NCBI GenBank assembly: GCA_934096275.1
Contig: CAKOLK010000001.1
Location: 15,876 to 79,875, forward strand
Direction: 5' to 3'
Length of the DNA: 64,000 nucleotides
DNA from: an uncultured Bacilli bacterium
GTDB taxonomy: Bacteria > Bacillota_I > Bacilli_A > RF39 > UBA660
Shown here: in pieces, positions 35,758 through 45,626 of the stretch
How positions within the stretch are numbered: position 1 is the first letter of the stretch
Layout: each line of letters starts with the position of its first letter
The notes under the pieces: generated by a model
Told to the model about the DNA's origin: nothing
What the model saw: only the letters and a program-made list of their open reading frames with translations
Databases searched by the model: none
Translations under genes and position numbers: made by a program

Positions 35758-36462
35758 TTAACTAAGTAGTTTAATTAACATTGGTCCAAGTAACAGTAAT
35801 AGTAATAATGGTATAAAAAATATTACTGATACTATACTTATTTTTACTGGCATTTTACTAATTATTGCTTTAGTCTCTAATACTCTTTTTTCTCTTAAAT
35901 AGTCTATTTGGTTATACATAGTTTCCACTATATCATTACCAAAAGTATTAGCTTGTTGAATATTTAATATTATATTATTTACTGTATCACTAGGTATTCT
36001 TTTTCTTAAATCCTCTAAAGAACTATTTAGATCTTTTCCAAGTGTTATATCTTTTAATACTTTTTGAATCTCTAGTGATAAAGATGAATCTATATTTCTT
36101 GAAGTTATTTCTAGTGATGTTTTAATAGTCCTTCCTGCCTCAAGAGAAAGCGCAAACACTTCAAAGAAATAAAGAGCATCTTGTTCTAGTACTTTTCTTT
36201 TTTCATTTATTTTAGTATCTAGTACAATTGGTATAAATAATACATATACTAAAAATGCAATAATTGGTGCGAGTAAGTAACCAAAACTCAAGAAATATAA
36301 TATCACAAAAAAGACTAAAATAGAAGACACTAATCTAATATTTAATAATTTTATTGCATCATATTTAGAGTCTATTCCTAAATATGAAACTTTTTCTTGC
36401 ATCTTTTTAATTTGTTTTGCACTATATATTTTATATTCTATAATATTTTTTTTATTTCTCAT
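35758..36462 (-). CDS. tadC: Tad/type II secretion F-family inner-membrane protein (TadC-like)
   Basis: Polytopic GspF-like protein at the distal end of the Tad operon. Confidence 0.65.
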   Translation of the reverse strand: MRNKKNIIEYKIYSAKQIKKMQEKVSYLGIDSKYDAIKLLNIRLVSSILVFFVILYFLSFGYLLAPIIAFLVYVLFIPIVLDTKINEKRKVLEQDALYFFEVFALSLEAGRTIKTSLEITSRNIDSSLSLEIQKVLKDITLGKDLNSSLEDLRKRIPSDTVNNIILNIQQANTFGNDIVETMYNQIDYLREKRVLETKAIISKMPVKISIVSVIFFIPLLLLLLLGPMLIKLLS

Positions 36463-36463
36463 G

Positions 36464-37465
36464 TTACCACTCTCTTATCTTTACTATTTTCTTTACTAGT
36501 ACTATGTATATTATATATATTAGAATTATTAAAACTAATATTATATTACCAAGTGGCTCTTTAATAAGGGGTATAAAGTAAGTAGGATCCATAAAATAAA
36601 TAAGTACAAATATTATAAATGGAATAGCAACAAGTACTTTAAATACAAAATTAGATAGTGCAAGGGTTGAGTTCATTTCATCTTTTATTCTTTTTCTTTC
36701 TATAAAGCTTCTTTCAATCGAAGAAAATATCTTAGTAATTTTACCACCAGTTTCATTTAGTATTATTAAAGATGATGCCATATATTTTACTTCTTCTAAT
36801 TTAACACGAGAAGCAAATCTATCAAACACTACCTCTAATTCCAAACCATAAGTTAAATCAATTAATATTTTTTTAAATTCATTACTAATTGGACCTTCTA
36901 ATTCTGTTGATACTAACTCTACTGCTTGCATTATACTTCTTCCAGATTTAAAAGCATTATTCATAATAATAACTGCTTTTAAAAAATCTTGTTCTATTCT
37001 TTTTTCTTCTTTCTTTTCTCTTATTTTTAAAAACACATCAAGAATAAAGAAACCAAATAAGAATGATATTAGTATTTGAAAAAACGAAAACATTTTAAAC
37101 TTTAATATGTTAGATATTATACTTAAAAGTACTGCAAGTATTGAGAATAATATCTTTTTAGATATAAAATCCATACTAGTTTGTTTATGGGTATCGTCTA
37201 CCACTACGAATTTTTCATATTTTTTGCTATAGTCATTACAAACTTTACTTTTACTAATAGTTTTACTAATTGATTTAATAACTGAGTAATATAAGTTTTG
37301 TAGTTTTTCTATAAATGATATTGGTTTATCTGATAAAGCTGTAATAGAAAAACTAGATATTCTTTTTTCTTTTGATATTGAATTAAGTATTTTTAAAGCA
37401 AGTAAAAAGACAATAATTATTACTAAAATTATTATAAATTGTAAGGTAATATATAATTTTTCCAT
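36464..37465 (-). CDS. tadB: Tad/type II secretion F-family inner-membrane protein (TadB-like)
   Basis: GspF-like cytoplasmic domain (AFKSGRSIMQAVELVSTELEGPISNEFKKIL) between TM segments. Confidence 0.7.
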   Translation of the reverse strand: MEKLYITLQFIIILVIIIVFLLALKILNSISKEKRISSFSITALSDKPISFIEKLQNLYYSVIKSISKTISKSKVCNDYSKKYEKFVVVDDTHKQTSMDFISKKILFSILAVLLSIISNILKFKMFSFFQILISFLFGFFILDVFLKIREKKEEKRIEQDFLKAVIIMNNAFKSGRSIMQAVELVSTELEGPISNEFKKILIDLTYGLELEVVFDRFASRVKLEEVKYMASSLIILNETGGKITKIFSSIERSFIERKRIKDEMNSTLALSNFVFKVLVAIPFIIFVLIYFMDPTYFIPLIKEPLGNIILVLIILIYIIYIVLVKKIVKIREW

Positions 37466-37484
37466 AGTTATTGTCTCCTTTCTA

Positions 37485-38822
37485 TTACATTAATTTTTCA
37501 AATATATCATCTACATCTGTTATACCTTTGCTTTTGATCTTACTATATACTTTAGGAACATACTTGTATAAAACAAATGAACCATTTACTTCACCACTTT
37601 CAGTAAGACCTTTTTGTTTGAATGTAAATATTTCTTTTAAATTAATTCTATCATCTTTTAGTCCACATACTTCACATATTGAAGTAATCTTTCTTTTACC
37701 ATCTGATAATCTTTCTATATTAACTACTATATCAATAGCATTTTCTATATATTCTCTTATTGCTAGTACTGGTATTTGAATACCTGCCATAAGTACCATT
37801 GTTTCAAGTCTATTTAATGCATCTGATGCTCCATTAGCATGTAGTGTTGATAAAGAACCTTCATGTCCTGTATTCATTGCTTGTAACATGTCAAATGCTT
37901 CTTTACCACGTACTTCTCCGACGATTATACGATCAGGTCTCATACGAAGAGAATTTATTACTAAATCTCTTATTGTTACTTCTCCTTCTTTTTCATAATT
38001 CATTGTTCTAGTCTCTAAAGAAATAACATGATTTTGTTTTAGTTTTAACTCTGCTGCATCTTCAATTGTAATAATTCTTTCGTCTCCCGGTATGAATGAT
38101 GATAAAACATTAAGTACTGTAGTTTTACCAGAACCAGTTCCACCACATACTAATATATTAAGTTTAGCTCTTACACAAGCATCTAAGAATCTTGCCATAT
38201 ATGGTGTAAATGTACCATTTCTAATTAAGTCATCCGCAGTAGATAAGTTTTCTTTAAACTTTCTTATAGTAAGCACTGGCCCATTAAGAGCAAGCGGTGG
38301 TATTACAGCATTAATTCTAGATCCATCACTAAGTCTTGAGTCAACCATAGGATTAGCTATATCTATAGTTCTTCCAAGTGGTTGAATCATTCTTTGAATT
38401 GTTCTTATAATATGTTCATCATTTATAAAAGATACTGATTCATCCTTAATAATCTTACCATCTATTTCAATATAGATTTCATCCGGTGCATTAACCATTA
38501 TTTCAGTAATACTTTTATCATCTAATAATTCAGTAATTGGACCATATCCATTTATTTCATTTTCAATTAAATTAAATATATGGTTTCTTTCTAAATTAGT
38601 TAAATCATAACCTTCGAGTGATGTATTAATCTCATCATTAATGTATTCTTCAAGATACTTACTATCTGATAAGTCATTATCTATTATATTTTGTATTATT
38701 TTATTTCTTAAAGAATCTAATAAGTTTTTATCTTTAAAAACACTGTAATCACTAACTTCAGAATTAATGTAATTACTTTTTTTATTTTCTATTTCAAATA
38801 AATCAGAAAGTGTTTTTCTCAT
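37485..38822 (-). CDS. cpaF: CpaF/TadA family pilus-assembly ATPase
   Basis: Walker A VCGGTGSGKTT, Asp box ERIITIEDAAEL, His box ...TGHEGSLSTLHAN. Confidence 0.9.
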   Translation of the reverse strand: MRKTLSDLFEIENKKSNYINSEVSDYSVFKDKNLLDSLRNKIIQNIIDNDLSDSKYLEEYINDEINTSLEGYDLTNLERNHIFNLIENEINGYGPITELLDDKSITEIMVNAPDEIYIEIDGKIIKDESVSFINDEHIIRTIQRMIQPLGRTIDIANPMVDSRLSDGSRINAVIPPLALNGPVLTIRKFKENLSTADDLIRNGTFTPYMARFLDACVRAKLNILVCGGTGSGKTTVLNVLSSFIPGDERIITIEDAAELKLKQNHVISLETRTMNYEKEGEVTIRDLVINSLRMRPDRIIVGEVRGKEAFDMLQAMNTGHEGSLSTLHANGASDALNRLETMVLMAGIQIPVLAIREYIENAIDIVVNIERLSDGKRKITSICEVCGLKDDRINLKEIFTFKQKGLTESGEVNGSFVLYKYVPKVYSKIKSKGITDVDDIFEKLM

Positions 38823-39565
38823 TTAGACACCTCCTCAATAAGTTTTTTTGCAATCAATTCATAATGTTTATTATCTTTTCTATTATTTAATAAAATAGGT
38901 ATTTGTCCTGATGATATTATTTTATCTATTTTACTAATATGAAGTGTTTTAGGTATAGTAAAATCTATATTAGATTTAATAATAGTTCTCATGTCATAAG
39001 AATTATAATAGTTTCTACCTAGTATTGATTCATTTAATACAGTAGAATAATTAGTATAATTAGCATCTTTTAATATTGACACAAAAGTTCTAGTATTTTT
39101 AAGTGAATATAAATCATTACTAAATAGGACTAATATACTATCAGAATTATCAAATAAAATAACATTAGTTTCATTTAAAACATGAGTAGTATCTATAAGA
39201 ATAGCATCATATTTATATAAAACACTATCTAAGATTAAAGGAATATATTTAGAATCAATCTTATTAGCTTGTCTAGGATCTTTTGGAGCAGAAATTATAT
39301 CAATATTATCATTATATTTATAGATATAGTCTTCAACTTTTTCATACCTATTATTAGATAAATCAAGTACTAAATTAAAAACTGTTTTATCACATTTTAA
39401 GTTTAAAGAAAGAGCAATATCTCCCCCAAATAAGTCAAAATCAATAATTAAAACTTTATATCCAAGTAAATGGTAAGATCCTGCTAAATTAAGAGTAGTA
39501 ATAGTTTTTCCTGCACCACCCGTTGTGGAAGTAATCGATATAATTTTTCCTTTATCCTTTTTCAT
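38819..39565 (-). CDS. ParA/MinD-like ATPase of Tad loci (TadZ/CpaE-like)
   Basis: Deviant Walker A ISITSTTGGAGKTITTLNLA. It lies directly upstream of cpaF with a 4-nt overlap. Confidence 0.7.
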   Translation of the reverse strand: MKKDKGKIISITSTTGGAGKTITTLNLAGSYHLLGYKVLIIDFDLFGGDIALSLNLKCDKTVFNLVLDLSNNRYEKVEDYIYKYNDNIDIISAPKDPRQANKIDSKYIPLILDSVLYKYDAILIDTTHVLNETNVILFDNSDSILVLFSNDLYSLKNTRTFVSILKDANYTNYSTVLNESILGRNYYNSYDMRTIIKSNIDFTIPKTLHISKIDKIISSGQIPILLNNRKDNKHYELIAKKLIEEVSK

Positions 39566-39567
39566 AA

Positions 39568-39927
39568 TTAACCCTTCTTTATTCTTATTTTATTGTTTGA
39601 ATCAACATATCCTGTATAAACAGAATCTAAGTTGTATTTTTTAATTCCTATAATAGAACCAAATATTGAATCCACTTCTTTTTTTAGATGTACTTCACTA
39701 TTTGTAATATTTATTATTTTAATATCGGCATCATTATCTAATATTAGTTGTTCTATTTCTATTTTGTCTTTATTCATTAAAACATAATTCATTGCAATTG
39801 AGCTAAGATTATCAAGTTTATTATCATTTATTTTAATATAACAAGTATCAAATACATAAGCAAATATTGCAATAAATACTGGTATTAAAAAGACAAATAA
39901 TACTAATGACTGACCTTTATTGTTCAT
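39568..39927 (-). CDS. TadE/TadG-like pseudopilin
   Basis: MNNKGQSLVLFVFLIPVFIAIFAYVFD: a Flp-type leader ending in G, then a hydrophobic helix. Confidence 0.6.
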   Translation of the reverse strand: MNNKGQSLVLFVFLIPVFIAIFAYVFDTCYIKINDNKLDNLSSIAMNYVLMNKDKIEIEQLILDNDADIKIINITNSEVHLKKEVDSIFGSIIGIKKYNLDSVYTGYVDSNNKIRIKKG

Positions 39928-40264
39928 TAAATAACACCCTCTTGGTAGTTATCTTATATGGATTTTCAAAAAATGATGATGCGAATGGTGTAATAAGATT
40001 TACTTTTTTAGTAAGTACTATTTCAAGTTTATCTCCTTGATAATTATACTTCATCGTAGTATCAGAATCTAATAATTTATTTATCTCATCATAACTTTTT
40101 CCATTTTGTTGATAAATAGATACCTCATCCATTACTCCCTCAAGACTGTTTTTGTTATAAAAAACAAAAGCAAAGTCTATTACTATGAATAGTATCATAA
40201 TAATAATTGGAAGTATAATTACAAATTCCACCAAAGCTTGACCTTTATTATTTTTTTTCAACAC
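39917..40264 (-). CDS. TadE-like pseudopilin
   Basis: ..KKNNKGQALVEFVIILPIIIMILFIVIDFAFVF. The start is placed at GTG/TTG after GGAGAAGG, which gives a leader like its neighbours. The ORF-track ATG at 40306 would overlap flp by 59 nt. Confidence 0.6.
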   Translation of the reverse strand: MLKKNNKGQALVEFVIILPIIIMILFIVIDFAFVFYNKNSLEGVMDEVSIYQQNGKSYDEINKLLDSDTTMKYNYQGDKLEIVLTKKVNLITPFASSFFENPYKITTKRVLFNEQ

Positions 40265-40451
40265 AATAGCCTTCTCCAGCTTTAGCACCTTTTTGATACT
40301 CTTCACCCACTAAAGCACAAGATGATTTAGTAATAGAATCTTTTAAATAACCTCCTAAAAATGTTACTAAAGATATAGCAAGTACACTTATTAATGCAAT
40401 TATTAAAACATATTCTACTAAAGCTTGACCTTTATTATTTAGTCTCATCAT
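40248..40451 (-). CDS. flp: Flp-family type IVb pilin
   Basis: MMRLNNKG|QALVEYVLIIALISVLAI: the G/xxxxEY Flp processing motif. 67 aa. Confidence 0.8.
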   Translation of the reverse strand: MMRLNNKGQALVEYVLIIALISVLAISLVTFLGGYLKDSITKSSCALVGEEYQKGAKAGEGYCVEKK

Positions 40452-40540
40452 ACATCACCTATTTTCCTACATTAATTTTATTATTTTTTTAGGCTATTGT
40501 CAAGATGTAAAAAATGATATAGAATAAAAATGGTGATAAG

Positions 40541-40849
40541 ATGTACTTAGTAAATAACAATAATAAGTTAAAGATAAATAAAATAAATAAATTAATTGGT
40601 TTAATGTTCAGAAAAGAACCTATTAAAGAAGGATATATACTTTATAATTGCAATGCCATTCATACTTTTTTTATGAGACAAAATATTGATGTAATTATGA
40701 TTGATAAAAATAATAAAATAGTTTTAATAAAAGAAAATGTTAAAAAAAATAAAATAATAATTAAAAAAGAAGGAATACATACTTTAGAATTACCATTAGG
40801 TATATCTAAAGAATATAAAGTTAATGACATAATAAAAATAATAGATTAG
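40541..40849 (+). CDS. DUF192 domain protein
   Basis: ...GLMFRKEP..EGYIL..CNAIHTFFMRQNIDVIMIDKNNKIV.......HTLELPLG pattern. Confidence 0.6.
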   Translation: MYLVNNNNKLKINKINKLIGLMFRKEPIKEGYILYNCNAIHTFFMRQNIDVIMIDKNNKIVLIKENVKKNKIIIKKEGIHTLELPLGISKEYKVNDIIKIID

Positions 40850-40866
40850 CGTCTATTATTTTTAGT

Positions 40867-41959
40867 TTAAATCGATAGTTGATATGGATCTTCATATGTT
40901 CCAATGCCTGAAGATATTCTTACATTTGAAAAGAGAGTTAGAACTGGTAAAATGGCAAGTTCTCTTTTTCTGACATCGCCCCCATTACCAATACCACCAG
41001 TAGGACCCAAGTGAAAAACAACTCCATTACCACCGGCACATGGTGAAAGCATCCATGTAACCTGGCTCTTATCTAACCAATTATTTGGTGTTTTACAATT
41101 AATAGAAGTATCGTAGCCACTTAAACTGCCTGAGCATTCTTTTGATGCAGCATATCCATAATCACTTACATACATTATTGCTATTTTCTTACTTGCATCA
41201 TTTTGCATTATTGGGTTTGGTTTATAATAATACGCGCTTTCATATGCATTATTCTTTCTTTCATATTGCCACATCTCATTTGCATTTGCATATATATTTA
41301 TATATCCACCAAGATAATATTTTGTTGTTCCTATCATGTTTTTAGCATCATTAGTTAATGTATTATAATAATCGTTGTTTAAATATGTGTTTAATGTTGC
41401 TCCTGTCCAGTCGTTAAATTTTTTACCACTGTCATCACATTTTTCATAATCACTAGTTGTGCAATTGTTCCAAAAATATTCTCCAAGTGAATTATTTCTT
41501 ATTATTTTAAATCTATTTTCTACATTACCATTTGTGTCTTCAGTTGGTATTATTCCTATTATTCTCCATAATTCATTATTAAATGTCACGTAGTTATTTA
41601 CTACTGAGTCTCCTCCACGATATCTATATTCTGTTTTAAATCTTTCATCTACTTGTAATGTACTATCTATTTCATGTGTAATTTCTTCAAGCCCACCAAT
41701 TCCTACATTATCTTTTGCAAACGCTAAAGCATCTTTTTCAGTCTTGACACTAAGTTTTAATATATTTTTTGATTCCACACTACTACTCCATTTTGCATAT
41801 GATGTGTTTGTATAATTATAAGAAATAATACCACTAAGTAATAGCACAAAAATACCTATTAATGATAATAGATATTTATTATATTCCTTTATATCTTTAA
41901 ATAAGGGGTTTATCTTTCTAGTATTTTGCCCCCCCCCCATACGAATATTTGTTTTTCAT
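40867..41959 (-). CDS. poly-G-gated surface-protein family, member 3 (short class); phase-OFF from the SD-proximal start
   Basis: GGAGG (41967-41971), 7 nt, ATG at 41959, then MKNKYSY plus G10 gives ...GGGAKY-stop. The ORF-track protein starts at the TATG on the tract edge (41940). Confidence 0.8.
41929..41938 (-). repeat. homopolymeric G10 tract of member 3
   Basis: Hand count: gcc + cccccccc + at gives 10 C. Confidence 0.85.
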
Positions 41960-41989
41960 AGTCTTACCTCCATAGTTTCTTATAAGTTA

Positions 41990-42185
41990 ATTCTATAACA
42001 AATATATTTCTTTTTCAAGTAAAATTTTTTCAATTTTTTGCATTTTTATATAAACAAGACTTTTGATACAAGTTTTCTTATTCAAAAATAAAAATTGCCC
42101 TAAGGCAAATCTTATTTTTGTAATCATTTTCTCTTTCAAAACTTAAAATTGGTCGTTTGACAAGTATTTTTCTTTAGTTTATAGT
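41990..42185. promoter_or_regulatory. divergent promoters (member 3 / cassette C) separated by an extra ~140-bp AT-rich spacer
   Basis: Minus strand: TTGAAA (42013-42018), 17 nt, TAGAAT (41990-41995); the palindrome is degenerate here. Plus strand: TTGACA (42157-42162), 17 nt, TATAGT (42180-42185). Confidence 0.55.
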
Positions 42186-42192
42186 GGTATTA

Positions 42193-42400
42193 GCACGTAT
42201 CTTTGGGCGCCGACTTCATTATCTTTTTAAAAGAAATGGGGTGATAGTTATGAAAGATAAGATTTTCTAATTTTAGCACTGCTTGTGATTATTTATTTAT
42301 TATTAAAGTAATTTAAAATAAATGCGACGTCTCTCTGATATAGGGAAACGTCGCATCGCTGAAAATAAACATCGAAGTCGGCGTTCAAGGAACGTGCTTC
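42193..42400 (+). other. predicted structured RNA, cassette C (the ORF has decayed)
   Basis: 5' element at 42193-42217 and 3' element at 42374-42400, with ends perfectly complementary (GCACGU.../...CGCCGACUUC). SD-region stem CUUCAUU (42214-42220) / AAUGGGG (42235-42241). Central hairpin at 42324-42354. Confidence 0.5.
42250..42270 (+). pseudogene. truncated remnant of the small hydrophobic ORF (MKDKIF-stop)
   Basis: The ATG after GGGGTGA is at the homologous position to cassettes A and B, but a stop follows six codons later. Other frames give no TM-like peptide. Confidence 0.5.
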
Positions 42401-42403
42401 TTT
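42312..42403 (-). ncRNA. predicted antisense sRNA, cassette C
   Basis: Minus-strand promoter TTGTAT (42433-42438), 17 nt, TATATT (42410-42415). The hairpin is followed by AUUUAUUUU on the minus strand. Confidence 0.4.
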
Positions 42404-42448
42404 ATATATAATATACTACTTTTAGTAGTTTTATACAAGTAATTTATA

Positions 42449-43603
42449 CTATTTATTTAACTTAGTACCTTTTAAGTTATCAAATCTTTCAAGTAAGTTA
42501 CCAGGTATAGCTTTTTGTATTTGTTCATCATCTTTTTTGTTATCTACTGCGATTGCTATTAAATCATCAAATAATTCAGTTTGATTCTTTTTCTTAGCTT
42601 TCCATAAGTATGAAGATAATGATCCTGGTATTGTATTTATTTCATTTACATAAATCTTTTTAGTCTTATCATTAATTAAAAAATCAATTCTTGCAACTCC
42701 ATTTCCATCTAATGCTTTAAATGTATTTATAGCATATTCTTTCATATCTTCGATCATTTCTTTTGATATAATTGGTTTAGTTTTGTTATCTTTTTCTTGT
42801 GTTTTAGAAAAATTGTTTATATATTTTTCTTTAAATGAATAAAAATCATCATTAGAGTTTATCTCTTCAATTTCAGATACTTCAACTTTTTTATAGTTAC
42901 CAAGTACACTTATATTTATTTCCTTTACGTCATTTACTTTTTCTTCCACTAAAATCTTCTTATCATATTTAATAGTATTTTTTACCTTTTTAAAGAAATC
43001 TTTTTCATCTTCCGCAATTTCTATTCCAATACTAGAACCTAGACTAGATGGTTTAATAAATACTGGGAACTTTAATTTAGATAATCTTTCTTGAACTAAT
43101 TTTTTATCACTTAATTCATAATTATAAAACCAAGTATAATTAACAACAGGTATATTATTAACACTCAATAATTCCTTTTGAATAACTTTATCTTGTCCTA
43201 AAGCTGCTCCAAGAACACTAGGTCCAGCATATGGTACTCCAAGCATATTTAAATATCCTTGTAAAGAACCATCTTCTAAGTATGCTCCATGTCCGATTGG
43301 TACAACTATATCAATTACACATAAGTTCTTCTTAAACATACCTAGTTTTTGTAACACAAACGATCTATCTACTTTAACTAATGCAACCTTTTTAGCATAT
43401 CTTTTTACTAAGTCAATATCTCTAAAGTTAATTATACTTTTTAAGTGTTCTCCAGTATACCAAGTATTATCTTTATCTATATAGATTGGTACTATTTTAT
43501 ACTTATTTTCATCAGCATATCCCATTGCCTCAATAGCAGAAATAATGCTTATTTCATGTTCAACACTTTTTCCTCCGAATATTACTCCTATATTTAATCT
43601 CAT
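42449..43603 (-). CDS. ddl: D-alanine--D-alanine ligase
   Basis: MRLNIGVIFGGKSVEHEISIISA, ...GEDGSLQG-like EDGSLQGYLNMLGVPY, and a C-terminal ATP-grasp (ARIDFL....K.YVNEINTIPG). Confidence 0.9.
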   Translation of the reverse strand: MRLNIGVIFGGKSVEHEISIISAIEAMGYADENKYKIVPIYIDKDNTWYTGEHLKSIINFRDIDLVKRYAKKVALVKVDRSFVLQKLGMFKKNLCVIDIVVPIGHGAYLEDGSLQGYLNMLGVPYAGPSVLGAALGQDKVIQKELLSVNNIPVVNYTWFYNYELSDKKLVQERLSKLKFPVFIKPSSLGSSIGIEIAEDEKDFFKKVKNTIKYDKKILVEEKVNDVKEINISVLGNYKKVEVSEIEEINSNDDFYSFKEKYINNFSKTQEKDNKTKPIISKEMIEDMKEYAINTFKALDGNGVARIDFLINDKTKKIYVNEINTIPGSLSSYLWKAKKKNQTELFDDLIAIAVDNKKDDEQIQKAIPGNLLERFDNLKGTKLNK

Positions 43604-43691
43604 ATTATTACTTCCTTCCTTCTTTTAGTATACCAAATTATATAGAATATAACAAATATTTTTTGAAAAAAAGTGTAAAGAAAAAGACAAG

Positions 43692-44423
43692 TTAATTTTC
43701 TACTTGTCCTCCTTTTAGCTTAACTTTAAATTGATAACTTGCACTTGATGAAGATTCAGCCTTATGAGAACTACCCCATACTCCACCATTCGCTTCACAT
43801 GTATCTTTTGTTGTATAAGTAGTATTACTACATACATTATTCTTATCAGAAAGTGCTAATTTAATTTCATCATCAGTACCTGTAACCCATGCTTTTAGTA
43901 CATAAGATACACTTCCTGTAGTGGTAAAATATCCATTGTCCAAGACAAATTCATTAAAGTATTTATTGCTAGATGTTCTTGACTGCAAGCTAGATACTAA
44001 TTCACCAGTTGTAGCAGTACCAATTATATATTCTTCTTTAGCTACTCCATCTAAAACATATTTTTTAAGTAAATTAATTTTTACATCATCATTTGTGATT
44101 CCTTCATTTGAAACAAGTTCAAAAGCTAAATCATAATTAATTTGTGCATCTCCATCAATAGTTGAGTTAACATCAAAAGTATATGCTTTATCTTCTGCAA
44201 TTGAAGTTCCAACTGCATCAGAAACAGGTTTTTGATCGGTTAAAGTCATAGCATTTTCTTTATCAAAGTTTATTTCTAGTTTTCCAGAGATTATATTGTT
44301 TTCTCTTGTACCAATAAAATTAGCATAGTAATATGCAAAAGCAGAACCTGCGATTAATATAAGTAGTACAATAGTAGATATAGTAACTATTAATTTTTCT
44401 TTTTTTGTTTCATTATTATTCAT
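43692..44423 (-). CDS. signal-anchored secreted protein, hypothetical
   Basis: TM helix LIVTISTIVLLILIAGSAFAYYY, then ..NNIISGKLEINFDKENAMTL... The opening resembles the post-anchor region of member 2 (..CELDINFKESDELML..). Confidence 0.5.
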   Translation of the reverse strand: MNNNETKKEKLIVTISTIVLLILIAGSAFAYYYANFIGTRENNIISGKLEINFDKENAMTLTDQKPVSDAVGTSIAEDKAYTFDVNSTIDGDAQINYDLAFELVSNEGITNDDVKINLLKKYVLDGVAKEEYIIGTATTGELVSSLQSRTSSNKYFNEFVLDNGYFTTTGSVSYVLKAWVTGTDDEIKLALSDKNNVCSNTTYTTKDTCEANGGVWGSSHKAESSSSASYQFKVKLKGGQVEN

Positions 44424-44534
44424 AATAACACCCTACCTTCTTACTATTAAATAGTACTAAAAATATCAAAAAAAGTCAATAGACCTAAATAATTATTTTT
44501 TATTATTAATGATAATATTGCATTTTATTGTGTA

Positions 44535-45597
44535 TTAATCTATTGATAATTGGTATGGTTCAGAACTTGTTCCTACTCCTCCAGATATTTTTGCATTTGA
44601 TGATAAAGTTAATGTTGGGCGTATTGCATACTTATAGACACCAACATCAAAATTACTGACATTACCTGTTGAAGAAATATAAAACGCATAAATTGAATAA
44701 CTTGAATACTGTGAAAGCAACCACGTATCTTCACTTTTGTCTATCCAATTGTTTGGTGTTTTACAATTTGTATCTTGATTATATTCAGATATGTCGCTTG
44801 TACATTTCTTTGATGCAGCATATCCATAATCACTTATATACATTAGTGCTATCTTTTTAGAAGCTTCATTTTGCATTACTGGATTTGTATCATAATAGTA
44901 ATTACTTTTATTTGCCTCATTTTTTCTTTCATATTGCCACATTACATCTGATGTCATTTTTGAATCTTTATATCCTCCGAGATAGTATTTTGTTGTTCCT
45001 ATCATACTTTTTGCATTACTTGATAAGGTATTATAATATGTAGTATTTAAATATGTATTTAGTGTTGCTATTAACCAGTTATTAGAATTATCAGTGTTAT
45101 TACGTGTGCTATTCCAATAAAAATTTCCAATAGATTCATCTTTTATTATTTTAAATCTATATTCTACATTATCAGATGTATCTTCAGTTGGTATTATTCC
45201 TACCATTCTCCATAACTCATTATTAAATGTCACGTAGTTATTTACATTCCCTCCGCGATATCTATATTCTGTTTTAAATTTTTCATCTACTTGTAATGTA
45301 TTATCTATTTCATGTGTAATTTCTTCAAGTCCACCAATTCCTACATTATCTTTTGTAAACTCTAAAGCACTCTTCCCAGTTTTAATATGTATTTTGATAA
45401 TATTTTTTGATTCAGTACTGCTACTCCATTTTGCATATGATGTATTTGTATAATTATAAGATATTATTCCTGAAAGTAATAACACAAAAATACCTATTAA
45501 TGATAATAGATATTTATTATACTCTTTTATATCTTTAAATAAGGGGTTTATCTTATAAGTATTTTGCCCCCCCCCCATACGAATATTTGTTTTCCAT
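44535..45597 (-). CDS. poly-G-gated surface-protein family, member 4 (short class); phase-OFF from the SD-proximal start
   Basis: GGAGG (45605-45609), 7 nt, ATG at 45597, then MENKYSY plus G10 gives ...GGGAKYL-stop. The long ORF is in frame only with ATG 45611 (inside the SD) or the TATG. Confidence 0.8.
45567..45576 (-). repeat. homopolymeric G10 tract of member 4
   Basis: Hand count: gcccc + cccccc gives 10 C. Confidence 0.85.
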
Positions 45598-45626
45598 AGT
45601 TTTACCTCCATACTTTCTATAATCTC

